A DNA stretch of 64,000 nucleotides. Origin: Torpedo marmorata. Taxonomy: Eukaryota. The notes below the pieces were generated by a model. That model did not search any database. It was not told where the DNA came from and saw nothing but the letters and a program-made list of their open reading frames with translations. The stretch lies in the NCBI GenBank assembly GCA_977017645.1, contig OZ360232.1, positions 28,458,001-28,522,000 of the forward strand, in the 5' to 3' direction. Position numbers and translations under genes: made by a program. Position 1 is the stretch's first letter. Every line of letters begins with the position of its first letter. Shown here piece by piece: positions 1 to 13,505 of the stretch.

Positions 1-307
1 CTTATTTTATGATCATTGCATTTACATTTCTACAAATAATTTTGCAACTTCGAATTACATAATTTAATTTTCATATTAGAGTTTTCTTGTGTAATATATG
101 TTCCTCGCCTCATTTTGACATTTTCTCCTGGCTTCTGTATAAATGTCTCAATGTGGCCTTTCAGGCATAGATTTTATTTGTCAGCAGCTTACCCATAAAA
201 GCTCATTGTCACAAGCACTTCTCAATTTAGAACCCCATTGTTAACATCAAATGCATTTTATTTAGGCTACTGAACAACTTAATCAGTTACATTGAGAAGA
301 AACACAC

Positions 308-1271
308 TGTTACGTCATAGACCAGCAGCAATAGAAATTCACCAAGACAATGGTATCTTCAAAACAATAATTTTTATTAATAACTATTAATAATATAATA
401 TCTTACTTAAACTAAACTTAACCCCAACTATGTGCAAATGTATATGTGTATATATGTGTGTGGATTACCCAAACCATTATAGCTTCGGCACAATTCTGAA
501 AAGTCAAATTCAAAGTTCAATCTTAGAAATCTTGTGTTGAAACTCAAAATCTTTAAACTGATGTTCAGAAGTAATTATGAAGTAAGTGAGGAGCACCAAA
601 TCATCAGACTTCTCAAAACTCATGAATTCTTGTCGAGTTGCTTTCAGAGAAATGTTCCTTCATACGAATGATTGTTACAACTCCCCTCTTTCTTGTGTAG
701 GGGTTATGAAACTTGTGACTTCCACGATGCGATGTTTCCATGAATCCAGGCAAGGGTTAAACGAAATAACCATCAAAATGGTCATGATCCAAATGATCTT
801 GCTTTCCTTACCCAGATACGGGTCAGTCAAAAGTGACCATTACAGTGGCCAAAGCAAATCACTACTCTCCCTTGACAAGGAGAAACAGCAGAAGTGACCA
901 TCTTCCCCGAAGTCACTTTAATTCTGATTCTCCAGATGACTTTCTGATCAATTAAAAATGCTGCTTTTTCAAGTGTCTTAATCACATGACTGCTTGATCA
1001 ACACTGTTTCAGTTTCAATTTCCCAAAAGCCTGAGTCATATGGCAGATGGCTTCCTATTTTGAACAGCTGTCTTCCTTATGCAAACATTCATTGTTTCAG
1101 ACTTTCAATTGAGAACAATAACTCTGGTTTTATGGCTTTGGACGTAGGTGGCTTTGCGTCTGTTAAAAAGGTTATTATCTGTGAGTGTCTCTCCCTGATC
1201 CAACCCCCAAAGTAACTCTCTAAAATATAATATATAAAATAAAAATAAAGAATAACAAAAAGCCTGTCACA
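308..1271 (-). mobile_element. Solo LTR (~960 bp)
   Basis: TGTTAC...GTCACA termini, flanked by CACAC on both sides (a CA run, so the TSD is ambiguous). Reverse-complement homologue at 32663-33622. Confidence 0.75.
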
Positions 1272-1617
1272 CACACACACATATAAGAAAGATATTCTAA
1301 AGTTGCTTTCGTATTGTGTCACTATAATTCTCAGACACAGAAATATGTCCCTGCGCAAATCATCACCACAGCAGCTCCATGACATCAAATGCTGCCACCT
1401 CCAATCATTATAAATATAACAAACAAGAAAACCTGTTTAAATATGATCAGATGAAATAATATTGGAATGAAACTGTGACTGCTAAAGAGCCTTCCATCAG
1501 TACGGAGATAGCTTTGAAATGCCATCAGCTCAGCAATGCCAGCATTGCTCTGCCAGTACGTCCATGGTGAACTGCTTCCATTTATTTCCTGTTAAATGTA
1601 AGGAAGTTCAGGAGGGA

Positions 1618-3945
1618 GTGAAACACGATAGGCTGCAGACGCTGTGATTGTAGTAAACACACCGAACTGCTGGAGCAACTCAGCTGGTCTTTTCAGCATC
1701 TATAGGAGACAAAGATATATTGCCGATGTTTCGGGCCTGAGTCCTTCTTCAAGGAAAAATCAGAAAAGGCAGAAGCAGGATATATCAGAAAGTCTCAGAA
1801 TTTAAAAAATGGGGGAGGAATCCAGACAAACAAAAGGTGTTAATTGGATGTGATAAGGGACTAGGTAGAATTTATCATGTCTGTGCGAAAGGAAACAGGG
1901 AATGGAGAGACGATGGGGGAAGAAGGGAGCAGGGTTTTTTTTAACAAAAGCCAGAGAAGTCAATATTAATGCCATCCGGTTGGAGGGTGCCCAGTCAGAA
2001 GATGAGGTGTTGTTCTTTCAATTTACGGGTCGTCTCAGTCAGGCAGTACACGAGACCATGGATAGACATGTCGGCAAGGGAATGGGATGGAGAATTGAAA
2101 TGGGTGGCCACTGGGAGATTCACGCTATTGCGGCGGAAAGAGCCGAGGTGCTCAACAAAGTGATCTCCCAGTCTGCGCCCAGTCTCTCCGATGGAGAGGA
2201 GACCACAGCGGGAGAGCCGGATGCAGTAGATGATCTCTGCAGATTCACAAGTGAAATGTTGCTTCACATGGAAGGAATGCTTGGGGCCCTGAATGGTGCT
2301 GAGGGAGGAGGTGTGGGCGCAAGTGGAGCATCTCCTGTGGTCACAAGGGTAGGTCACAAGGGGACGATTGGTGGAGAGGGAGGAATGGACAAGGGAGTCA
2401 CGGAGGGAGCGGTCCCTGCAGAAGGCAGAAAGGGGAGGAGAGGGGAATATGTGTCTAGTGGTGGGATCACGTAGTAGGTGGTGCAAATGGCAGAGGAGGA
2501 TGTGTTGGATGCGGAGGCTGGTGGGGTGGTAGGTGAGGACAAGAAGAATCCTGTCCTTGTTGCGCATGGGGCGGAGGGAGCCACTGCAGATGTGAAGGTA
2601 ATGGAGGATATGCGGGTGAGTGGATGGTGGTAGAGGGAAAGCTACGTTGTTTGAAGAAGGAGGACATCTCTGATGATCTGGCATGGAAGTCCTCATCCCT
2701 GGTGCAGATGCGATGGAGATGGAGGAATTGAGAAAATGGAATGGAATCCTTACAAGGGATAGGGTGGGAAGAGGTGTAGTCGAGGGATCTGTGGGATTTG
2801 GTGGGTTTATAGAAGATGTCTGTCGAGAGTTTGTCTCCTGAGATAGAGATAGAGAGGTCGAGGAAAGGAAGAATGTTGCTAGAGATGGTCCGAGTGAATT
2901 TGAGGTCGGGGTGGAAGTTGGCAGCAAAGTGGGTGAAGTCAATGAGCTCATCATGGGTACATGAGGCAGCACCAAAATAGTCATCGATGTAGCAGAGGAA
3001 GAGTTGAGGGGCCTTGCCTCTGTAGGCTTGTAGCATGGATTGCTCCACGTAGCCACAAAAAGGCAGGCATAGCTGGGGCCCTTTAACCTGGAGAAAGTGC
3101 GATGAGTCAAAGGAGAAATTATTGAGGGTGAGGACAGGTTCTACCAGCCGGAGGAGGGTGGTGGTGGAGGGGGATTGGTTGGTTCTATTGTCCAGAAAGA
3201 ATCAAAGGGCTTTGAGGCCTTCAGTATGGGGAATGGAGGTTTATAGGGATTGGATATCCATGGTAAATATGAGGTGATCGAGTTCAGGGAACTGGAAGTT
3301 GTTGAAGTGATGGAGGGCGTGTGAAGTGTCCCGAATGTAGGTGGGGAGGGTCTGGACCAGGGGGGACAAAGCAGAGTCAAGGTAAGCGGAGACCAATTCG
3401 GTGAGGCAGGAGCACGCGGACACGATGGGTCTGCCGGGACAATTGGGTTTGTGGATCTTGGGTAGGAGGTAGAAACGGGCAGTACGGGGTTGGGAAACAA
3501 TAAGGTTGGAGGCTGTGCCTGGGAGATGACCAGAAGTGATGAGTTCAGAGATGGTGCGTGATACAGTGGTTTGATGAGTTTTGGTAGGGTCCTGTTGGAT
3601 GGGGTAAGTAAGAGGAGGTATCTGAGAGTTGTCGTCTGGCTTCGGCCAGATAGAGGTCAGTGCGTCAGACCACAACAGCGCCACCCTTGTCTGCAGGTTT
3701 GAGGGTGAGGTTCGGATTGGTGTGGAGAGAGTGCAGGGACAGGAGTTCCGAGGGGGTATGATTGGAATGAGTGAGGGGAGTAGTGAAGTCGATACAGTTG
3801 ATGTCACGGCGGCAGTTGGAAATATAAAGGTCCAGAGCAGGTAGAAGACCGGAATGAGGTGTCCAGGAGGAGGAAGACATTTTAAAGCAGGAGAAGGAAT
3901 CTGTAGTGGGGGATGGAGAATCGTGGTTATGGAAGGAAGTTCCGG
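1618..3945 (-). mobile_element. Penelope-like retroelement, 5'-truncated and frameshifted (RT + GIY-YIG endonuclease)
   Basis: ORF pieces contain KPADKGGAVVV, FYLLPKIHKPNCPGRPIVS, YIDD, LPFLD and IYCIRLSRCGLLSIGETGRRL. Terminal repeat at about 1618-1755. Confidence 0.92.
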
Positions 3946-5812
3946 AACCTGTACAAACAGAGCAGCCCAGCTCTGCTGGTAAGTTGCAGACTGAGGTTTG
4001 ATTTTGAACTCCACATAGAGTCCAGTGATGGAGCATAGATTCACTGCAGTTCCCCATCAGGTATGCTGGGTCATCCACCTTTGAATCCGTGCCAAGAATA
4101 ACAAATAGAATGTCTACAAAAGACAAAGATAACTAACAATTTCCAGAAAGAATTGTGTTTACTCATTTAAGTGTTCGTTCAGTGATTTATTTGAAATTAA
4201 TATTTAGCAATTTTAAATCTTTTTTTCAATAGTCAAGTGTATTCAGATGCATTCATAGTTCTGCATGACTTTGATAGGTGGCAAAGCTTGAGGTTATGGC
4301 TTCCCTGTTTGTCAACTTTGCCATTTTCGCAGTTGCTCATTGTTAGAACATAGAACAATACTTTTTGTAAATGAAATTTACTAATTCTAGGGTTTTTGTT
4401 CTTCCAAATAAAGGAAGAAACTTTTGAGTCAATATTATTAAAAAAAGATTTCAGAATGAAAACTGGAATTGCTTGAAATAAATATGAAAACTTAGGTAAT
4501 ATTATCATTTTAACTGCATTAATATGATCTTTAAGTAATTTTAACCCCCAAGTATGTGAAATTATCCCCAGCATTCTTAAATGGAACTTGAGTATAGATA
4601 GGGACCTGCATATTAATCGGAAAAAGTTCACTTTTATGAAGGTTTAATTTATATCCAGAGAAAGAGCTGAATCGAGAAAACACAGATAACATAACTGGGA
4701 TAGATATTTTGGGATCTGAAATATAAACTAATAAGTCATCTGCATACAAAGAAACTTTATGAGTTACTCCGTCTCTGACAATCCCTTGAACCTCATAAGA
4801 GTCTCTAAGGGCTATTGCCAGAGGTTCTAAAGCTAGATCAAATAGCAAGGGGCTAAGGGGACATCACTGTCTAGTTCCCCTAAACAACCTAAATGAGGAG
4901 GATTTGTTATTATTAGTAACTACCATAGCTAAGGGGGTACTATAGATCAATTTAATCCATGATATAAAACCCATACCAAAATTAAATCTCCTTAATGTTT
5001 CAAATAATTAGTTCCACTCCACTCTGTCAAAAGCCTTTTCTGCATCGAGAGAAACTACACATTCTGGAATTGTGTCCGAAGGGGAATAAATAATGTTCAT
5101 TAATCTACGGATGTTGAAATGTAAATATCGATTTTTAATAAATCCAGTCTGATCTTTAGATATATCAGAAGGAAGAATATTTCCAACCTGCCGGCGAGAA
5201 TCTTAGAAAGAACCTTAAAATCTACATTCAACAGAAACTGGCCTATAGGAAGTGCATTCAGTCAGATCTTTATCTTTTTTAGGAATCAGTGAAATTGATG
5301 CTTCTCAAAAAGTTGCCGGTAGGGTCCCAGAGAAAACTTAATTTTCAAATACTTTATATAGTTGAGGAGTAAGTAAGTTAGTAAATGATTTTAAAAATTA
5401 CACCGTAAAGCCATCCGGACCTGGGGCCTTGCCAGATTGAAGAGAAGATATAGCTTGGGAAAATTCCAACTCTGAAAATGGAGCTTCCAACAAGTTTTCA
5501 TCCTGATGATATTTTAGGAATATTCAGCCATTGTAAAAATTTATCCATTAAAATAGAATAATCAGGAAATTCAGATTTGTATAGACCTGAATAAAATTCC
5601 TGAATCATTTTATTAATTTCAGCATGATCAAAAGTTAAGTTTCCATCCTTCTTACGTATCTTTATGATTTGTCTTTCAGCTGCAGCTGCCTTCAGCTGAC
5701 CAGCCAACAGCTTACCTGATTTCTCTCCATGTACATAAAATTGAGATTTAAGATTAAGTAGTTGATTCTCGATGGGGTAAGTCATGCTGAGTTTGAAAAA
5801 AGATGGAGGTAT

Positions 5813-6798
5813 GTGCTTCTATTTGCTGCTCCAACTCAGTTATCTTCGATTGATATGGTGCTGGTGCTATCTTCGATTGAGAAGGTGCTGGCGCTACCTT
5901 CGATTGATAAGATGCTGGCGTTTCACAAGGCGCAGTAAGCAGTTGTTCCAGGTCCATTTGCTCCTGTTGACTAGGGGAAGAAGCCAATCCTTCTATCTTC
6001 AATGTAGAGGTCGTGGACATAACGAGGTCTGCATGATCCGCCAACTGATCGAGGGTGGACATTTGAAAGACACTCACCAAATGCTCTTGAACATGACGAG
6101 GTAAACATCGAAGGAACCTCTGTTTCCAAAAATCGCCTTCGACAGGATCTCTTCCAGCTAGCCTGCGCCACCTCCTCAACATCCATGATGGTTGCCTATG
6201 GCCTAGGCTGTCATTAGCTAGTAATTGGGCAATAAGAGTCTCCCTTGATGGCTGAGTACGCCGCAGAATAGCCGCCTTAAGCATGTCGTAAGGGAGATTA
6301 CCATCCTGATCCACTAAAACATCCTCCACTTTACAGGCAATCTGCTCTGGAAGATGCACCACACGTAAACCATACTTCATCTTCTGACTTGTCACACTAA
6401 GGGAAGAGAAATGCGCTTCGAGGATCATAAACCATGCTGGTGCATTATTAATAAAAAGGGGGGGAATCTTTAGTTTGACCTCCCCAACTTCTCCTGTAAG
6501 GGGTTTATCCTCATCACTATCCATTTTAAATAAAAGTACTGTGAACTCATGGGGTCACCACTTGTAACGGCACTGATTTGCCACAGCCTACAAAAAAATA
6601 AAGAATACACTCACTCGTTTCTTTCAGCACACCATGAAGTCGACTTTTTATTTATTATTCACTAGACACAACATTGCATTCTTCAACTCCCCAAACACCA
6701 CTCAGCTAATCTCCTCTGAACTCATTGGCTCACTGCCACACGAATGATTCTGACACTCTCACTCTCCTCCCGACGAAGGTAAGTACGCGGCCGCGACA
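5813..6798 (-). mobile_element. Truncated copy of Gypsy 'A': LTR 6563-6798, tRNA-Trp-type PBS, gag
   Basis: TG..CA LTR, PBS TGGTGACCCC at 6551-6560, gag ORF from 6524 (VKLKIPPLFINNAPAWF). Homologous to 16563-18445. Confidence 0.9.
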
Positions 6799-6831
6799 AT
6801 AGGATGCTCGTGGTTGCTACAAATATGAGTG

Positions 6832-7278
6832 TGTTATTATGCGTGTAAATAAAAACTACATTTCCCAGCATGCAATGCGCGGGGTTGGGCAGAAACCGGA
6901 AGGACATATGACGGAAGTCGGTTGAAGCAGCTCACGGAAAATAAAGTCGGTTAAGTGTTAAACCCAATAAAAATCTTTCTTCTTGAAAGAACAAGCATAA
7001 CATGGTGTCAGAAGTGTCTGAGTGAGTAAGATAAGACAATAGTTCATAAGCATGGATAAGTTAAGTCCTCCCACACCGATGCAGTTTACCAGCAATCTAG
7101 CTGATAATTGGAAATGCTTAAAACATCAATTCAAAATTTATTTAGTAGCTGGTGGAATGGGAGAGACCGATGGAAAACGGAAAGCGTCTATGTTTCTACA
7201 CATGATGGGTGAAGATGCCTTGGATATCTATAACAGTTTTCAAATTGATGAGACAGCATTCAAGTTGGACACTCTGAT
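6832..7278 (+). mobile_element. Truncated copy of Gypsy 'B' 5' end: LTR 6832-7002, PBS, start of gag
   Basis: TGTTAT..ATAACA LTR, PBS TGGTGTCAGAAGTG 7003-7016, ORF MDKLSPPTPMQFTSNLADNWK from 7052. Confidence 0.9.
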
Positions 7279-8641
7279 AGGAATATATCTAATCCAATAC
7301 TCAAACATACATTACAAATCTGGTTCCAATTTAGGAAATTTTTTAATTTAAAAAACGTTGTCTTATCTCGTGCTATCTTTCATAACTATTTTGTTCGACC
7401 ATTAATAACTGATAAATTTTTCTCTATATGGAAAATCAAAGGTATTGTTTCTTTAGCAAATTTATTTAAGGAAGGTTGCTTACTGTCTTTTGAACATCTT
7501 GCAAGTAAATATGATTTATCAAATACTCATCTTTTTAGATATTTACAGGTTAGAAATTTCTTAAATATCATATTACGGGATTTTCCATTTATATATCCAT
7601 CAGATTTAGTTGATAATATTTTTCAATTGAATCCTTCTCAGAAAGAATTGGAATTATATATGATAGATTATTAAAATTACGTCCAGTACTTCATGATAAA
7701 ATTAAAAAGGCTTGGGAACTGGAACTTGCAAGACCCTTATCTGAGAATCTATGGGACAAGATTTTTAAATTGGTAAATACATCTTCAATATGTGCCCGAC
7801 ATTCATTAATCCAATTCAAAGTGGTGCATCATGTTCACATGTCCAAAGGTAAATTGGCTAGTATTTTTTTCTAATATTAACCCTATTTGTGACAGATGCA
7901 AATCTGAAATTGCTACATTGACACATATGTTTTGGTCTTGTTCATCCTTAGAAAACTATTGGAAAGAAATTTTTAATATCTTTTCAACTATACTCCAGAT
8001 GGAGCTACGACCCAATCCAATAACTGCTCTTTTCGGGGTTATTGACCCAGACATAGGGAGTTTTTCTGTACCTGTTCGACGTGTTGTGGCCTTCTCTACA
8101 TTGTTGGCTAGAAGAGCCATCCTATTCAAATGGAAAGACTCCAGACCACCAACAGTGTTTCAATGGTTTTCTCATATTATGTCTTGTTTAAGTTTAGAAA
8201 AAATTAGATATCATGTATTTGATTCATCAGTGAAATTTGAAGATACATGGCGACCTTTTATGTCTTATTTTCATATGATGTAAGTGTTTCTGATGTGATT
8301 AGATGTATTTACTCTTCCTTTGTTTTTTGATTTACAGTAGGAACCAAACATTACAAAATAGGTATAACCTTCAGGATAAGCTGCTCAGCTGTTTTTTGTT
8401 AGTTGTTTTTTTTTATGAGAGTAGGTTAGGTGGGTTTTTTTAATCTATATAATACTTTTGATGGGTTTTTTTCATTGTCACCCATTGCAGTGAAGGGGGA
8501 TCAAATTTATACAGTTTGAAGTTTTATTTTAATACAGGTATATATACATATGTGATATTGTATTTTCAATTTCATTCCCTGTTCTTCATTGTATTGCATT
8601 TCTTATAAAAATCAATAAAAATGATTGAAAAAGAAAGAAAT

Positions 8642-11600
8642 AACAATACAGCACAGTACAAACCCTTCGGCCCTCGATGTTGTGCCAACCCATATATCCC
8701 TAAAAAAAAAGTACTAAACCCACCCTACCCCGTAACCCTCCATTTTTCCTTCATCCATGTGCCTGTCTAAGAGTCTCTTAAATGTCCCTAATGTTTCAGC
8801 CTCCACCACCATCCCCGGCAAGGCATTCCAGGCACCCACAACTCTCTGTGTAAAAAACTTACCCCTGATGTCTCCCCTAAACATCCCTCCCTTAACTTTG
8901 TACATATGTCCTCTGCTGTTTGCCATTCCTGCCCTGGGAAACAGGCGCTGGCTGTCCACCCTATATATGACTCTCATAATCTTGTAGACCTCTATGAAGC
9001 CTCCTCTCATACTTCTATGCTCCAAAGAGAAAACTCCCAGCTCTGTTAACCTTGCCTCATAAAACTTGTTTTCCAATCCAGGCAACAGCCTGGTAAATCT
9101 CCTCTGCACCCTCTCTATAGCTTCCACATCCTTCCCTTAATGAGGTGACCAGAACTGAACACAATGTTGCAAATGTGGTCTCACCAGAGATTTGTAGAGT
9201 TGCAACATGACCTCTCTACTCCTGAACTCAATCCCCCTATTAATGAAGCTCAGCATCCCATATGCCTTCTTAACTATCCTATCAACCTGTGCGGCGACCT
9301 TGAGGGATGCATGGATTTGAATCCAAAGGTCCATCTGTACATACACACTCTTAAGTAACTGACCATTAACCCTGTACTCAGCCTTCTGGTTTGTCCTTCC
9401 AAAATGCATCACCTCACACTTATCCAGATTGAAATCCATCTGCCACTTTTCTGCCCAACTCTGCATCCTGTCTATCTCCTCTTGTAACCTTCGACAACCT
9501 TCAGCTCCATCGACAACTCCTCCTTCGTGTCATCCGCAAACTTGCTGACCCATCCTTCCGCCTCTTCGTCCACGTCATTTATAAAAATCACAAAGAGCAG
9601 GGGTCCCAGAACAGATCCCTGCAGCACTCCACTAGTCACCGACCTCCAGGCAGAATATTTTCCTTCCACTAATACTCTCTGCTTTTTTCCTTCAAGCCAA
9701 TTTTTTATCCACACAGCCAAGGTTCCACTGATCCCGTGCCTCATGACTTTCTGGATGAGTCTCTCATGGGGGACCTTGTCAAATGCCTTGCTAAAATCCA
9801 TGTAGACCATATCTATCACCCTACCCTCATCAATTTCTTTTGTTACCTCCTCAAAAAAACTCAATTAGGCTTGTGAGGCACGACCTTCACTTCACAAAGC
9901 CATTCTGACTATCCTTCTGTACTTCTCCAAATGCTCATAGATCCTCTCCTTAAGAATCCTCTCCAATAGTTTGCACACCATAGATGTTAGACTCACCGGT
10001 CTATAATTCCCAGGATTCTCTCTATTACCTTTTTTAAACAAGGGGACTACATTTGCCATTCTCCAATCCTCCGGCACATCCCCTGTGCCAAAGTGGATTC
10101 AAAGATCATCACTACTGCCCCAGCTATCTCTTCTCTCACTTCCCACAGCAACCTGGGGTATATTGCGTCCGGCACCGAGGACCTATCAATCTTGATGTTT
10201 CTAAGAAGATCCAATACTTCCTCTTCCTTAATCTCCACATTGTCCAGCACATAGGCCTGTTCTATTCCGACCTTATCCTGATCAAGCTCTTTTTCTTTTG
10301 TGAATACTGAAGCAAAGTATTCGTTTAGGACCTCCCCAACCTCCTTCGCCTCCAGGCACATTACACCTCCTTTATCCTTTTGCGGCCCCACCCTCATTCC
10401 CGTCATCCTTCTGTTCCTCACATACGCATAGAACGCCTTGGGGTTCTCCTTAATCCTACATGCCAAGGCCTTCTCATGCCCCCTTCAAGCTTTCCTAAGT
10501 CCTTTCTTAAGCTCCTTCCTGGCAACCATATATTTCTCATGAGGCCTTCCAGTTTCCTGCTTCCTATATCTAACATATGCTTCTTTCTTCCACTTGACTA
10601 GTTGCCTCACCTGTTTTATCAGCCACGGTTCCCTTTTCCTACCATCTTTTCCTTGTCCCAGTTGGACAAACCTATCCTGAACCCAGCACAAGTGGTCCCT
10701 AAACTTCCTTCACATTACTTCCGTGCTTTCACCCTTGAACATCTGTTTCCAATTTACTTTTGCTAGTTCCTGCCTCATCCCTTCGTAACTAGCCCTTCCC
10801 CAGTTAAGCACTTTCTTATTATGTCTGTTTTTATCCTTTTCCATAGCTATCCTGAAGCTAATGGAGTTGTGGTCACTCTCACCAAAATGCTCCCCCACCG
10901 AGAGGTCCGCCACCTGACTAGATTCATTACCCAGAACTAGATCTAGTATGGCCTCTCCTCTCATCGGCCGGTCCACACACTGTGTCAGGAATCCTTCTTG
11001 AACACACCTGACAAATTCAGCCCCATCTATCCCTCTTGCAGTCAAGAGGTGCCAGTCAATATTAGGGAAGTTGAAATCTCCCATAACTACAACCCTATAT
11101 TTCCTGCACCATTCCAAGATCTGACTGATTATCTGCTCCTCGGTGTCCCGAGGGCTATTTGGGGGCCTATAGACTACTCCCAGAACAGTGATAGCTCCCT
11201 TCCTATTTCTGACTTCCACTCACACCGACTCAGTGGACACTCCCTCTGCAGCGTCCTCCCTTTCTATAGCTGTGATACTATCCCTGACCAGTAATGATAC
11301 TCTGCCCCCTTTTCTACCTCCCATCCTATTCCTTTTAAAACACCTAAACACCTGCATCAGCCAATCCTGCCCAACCTCCAGCCAAGTTTCTGTAACGGCC
11401 ACAACATCATAGTTCTACGTACTGATCCATGTTCTAAGTTCATCCCCTTTATTCCTAATACTCCTCGCATTGAAATAGACACATTTCAACCCCCCTAACT
11501 TGCTACATTTATGTTTTGTCCCCTGCCTGTTCTTCATCACTAACTCAGAACACATAGCTTCATGCTTTTGTCCTTCTACCCTAATCTCTGCACTCACATT

Positions 11601-11645
11601 CTGATTCCCATCCCCCTGCCAAACTAGTTTAAACCCTCCTCAACA
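8642..11645 (-). mobile_element. CR1 LINE (APE endonuclease + RT), decayed; end of tail displaced to 4346-4361
   Basis: YFNARSI, VVMGDFNFP, GNYRPVSLTS, DFSKAFDKV, KFADDTK, FTQRVVGAWNALP motifs; CR1-type 3' tail. Confidence 0.93.
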
Positions 11646-11908
11646 GCTTGTTCTTTCAAGAAGAACAACTTTATGTGGGTTCACTTAACCAAATTTATTT
11701 TCCTTGTTGAGCTGCTTCAACCAACTTCCAACCAACTCCTGTCATATGTCCTTCCGGTTTCCGCCCAACCGTGCGCATTGCATGCTGGGAAATGTAGTTC
11801 TTATTTACACGCATAATAACATATCTTTCCACTTTAAAACAAAAACAAAAACACAAACAATACTATGTCTACATAACAAAAGTATCTACATTTCGTGGTC
11901 AGTCTCTT

Positions 11909-12654
11909 TCCAACAGTTGCATCTGATGACTTCTGGCTTCACAAAGTCGTTCAAGTTCATTCAGGGCATCCGCAAGATTCAGCTGAAGTTCAGAAATCCG
12001 TGAAGAGGTTCCTGTTTATCAGCAAGTTCACGAACAGTCTCCATCAGCTGTTGATTTTGCTGTAGCAGTTCTTCAACATTACGATAGATCACCAGATGCT
12101 GAGAAATCACTTCAGAGGAACTGCTTATGTCAGCAGAACTAACTTCATCTTCTCGTAAAATATCATGTCCTCGCGCATCTTCTAGTTCCATCAAAAGCAC
12201 CCTATTCTGCTGTGAAAGATTTGACACTTACATTTTGTATCTCTGATTCTCCCTGTTGAGTAATGAAGCATGCTTATTCGCCTCATCAGTGCATTTTTGT
12301 AAACGGCATATTTCCTTCATGGCATCTTCTAATTTAGCTGAGAGATTTGCCACAGATTTTTGCACACGTTCATATTCTTCACACTGGCGCTTCAGAAACG
12401 GAGCTTTCATCTCCACTTCTTTCACAATTTCATCCAAATATTTATTCACTCTCTTTTTTGCTGTTTGCCAATAGCGATTGATCTTGAGCTTCAACATATC
12501 CATTATACAACTCTGTGAGCTTCATTCCAGGCTTCACAATCTTGGCCACAGCTGCTGCAGTGGGCGACATAGCTGCCAGTTCCTCTTCTGATAGTGTGGC
12601 GGCTCCTTTAAGCTTTGTAGTTGAAAGAAGATGGTTTGCATTTTCCTATTCCTT
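11909..12654 (-). pseudogene. TPR: Intronless internal CDS fragment of TPR (nuclear basket coiled-coil protein), disabled
   Basis: Translates to [115 protein letters not shown], recognised as the TPR N-terminal coiled coil. Contains stops and frameshifts. Confidence 0.95.
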
Positions 12655-12996
12655 ATCATGAAGAGACTCTAAAGTTGTTTTCTTAAGAGTTCAGATTCTT
12701 GTATTGATATATTCTTATCCTCTAATGCAGCCATTCTTTCTTTTAGATGCAGCTGAAGTCTATCATTAGAGTCAAGCTGAGTCTCTAACTATCTGAAACG
12801 TTCTTCTATGCTGCCATGCCACTCTTCAGCCTTTGTCAGAGCAGTAATTCGCTGGGCAAGTTCAGCTTCTACTTCTGGTAACGTTTCTGCTCGCTTCATT
12901 GTTTGCTGCAGTTTCTGTTCAGCCAGTTCCAGACGTTCCTGTAACTAACTATTTTTGTTTTCTAGCTGGCATAAGAAGGCATCCTTATTTCCCAAG
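12649..12996 (-). pseudogene. PPFIA2: Intronless internal CDS fragment of a liprin-alpha (PPFIA2/PPFIA4-like) coiled coil, disabled
   Basis: Translates to [74 protein letters not shown]. Paralogue assignment is tentative; not present in the ORF track. Confidence 0.88.
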
Positions 12997-12997
12997 A

Positions 12998-13505
12998 GTA
13001 AAAACATAAAATGCTGGAGAAACTCAGCCGGTCAAACAGTGTCCTTTATGTTGCAAAGGTAAAAATACATAACCGACGTTTCGGGCTTGAGCCCTTCATC
13101 AAGGTATGAAAGAGTGTCGGCAGGCATCCGAACAAAAGGATGCGGGGGGGAAAAGGAAGGGTGGCAAAGGCAGGAGATGATAGGTGGAGAAGGGAGGAAG
13201 GGGACAGCAGCGATCAGGGGGAGGAGGGATGGCTAGGTGGGTGGAGGGGGAATGGAGGGGAGAACTGTAAAAACTGGGAAGAGGGAAGGGAAAGAAAAGG
13301 CGATGCTGGTTAGCAGAAAGCAGAGAAGTCGATGTTAATGCCATCTGGCTGGAAAGTGCCCAGACAGAAAATAAGGTGTTGTTCCCCCAATCTGCAGGTG
13401 GTCAGGGTGGGACAGTACATAAGGCCATGGACAGACATGTGAGCATGGGAGTGTGACTCAGAATTTAAATGGTTGGCTACTGGGATGTCTTTGTTGTAGC
13501 GGAGG
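12998..13505 (-). mobile_element. Penelope-like 3' fragment
   Basis: Same terminal repeat and end-of-GIY-YIG sequence as 1650-2120. Confidence 0.85.

Larger units (their letters stand above)
4362..8641 (+). mobile_element. L1-clade LINE with 5' inversion (inverted ORF2 4362-5812, sense 3' part 7279-8641) and captured filler 5813-7278
   Basis: RT motifs VSLYADD and SGYKLN on the minus strand; C-terminal CDRC..HMFWSC, AATAAA and A-rich tail on the plus strand; TSD AACAATAC at 4354-4361 and 8642-8649. Confidence 0.85.

Noticed and set aside
1902-2474. 190-aa plus-strand ORF and similar antisense ORFs over LINEs (e.g. 49153-49836)
   Set aside because: Shadow frames opposite RT/endonuclease coding sequence.
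11909-12996. Functional TPR or PPFIA gene at this locus
   Set aside because: Internal fragments only, no introns, several stops and frameshifts, enclosed by LTR-element signals.
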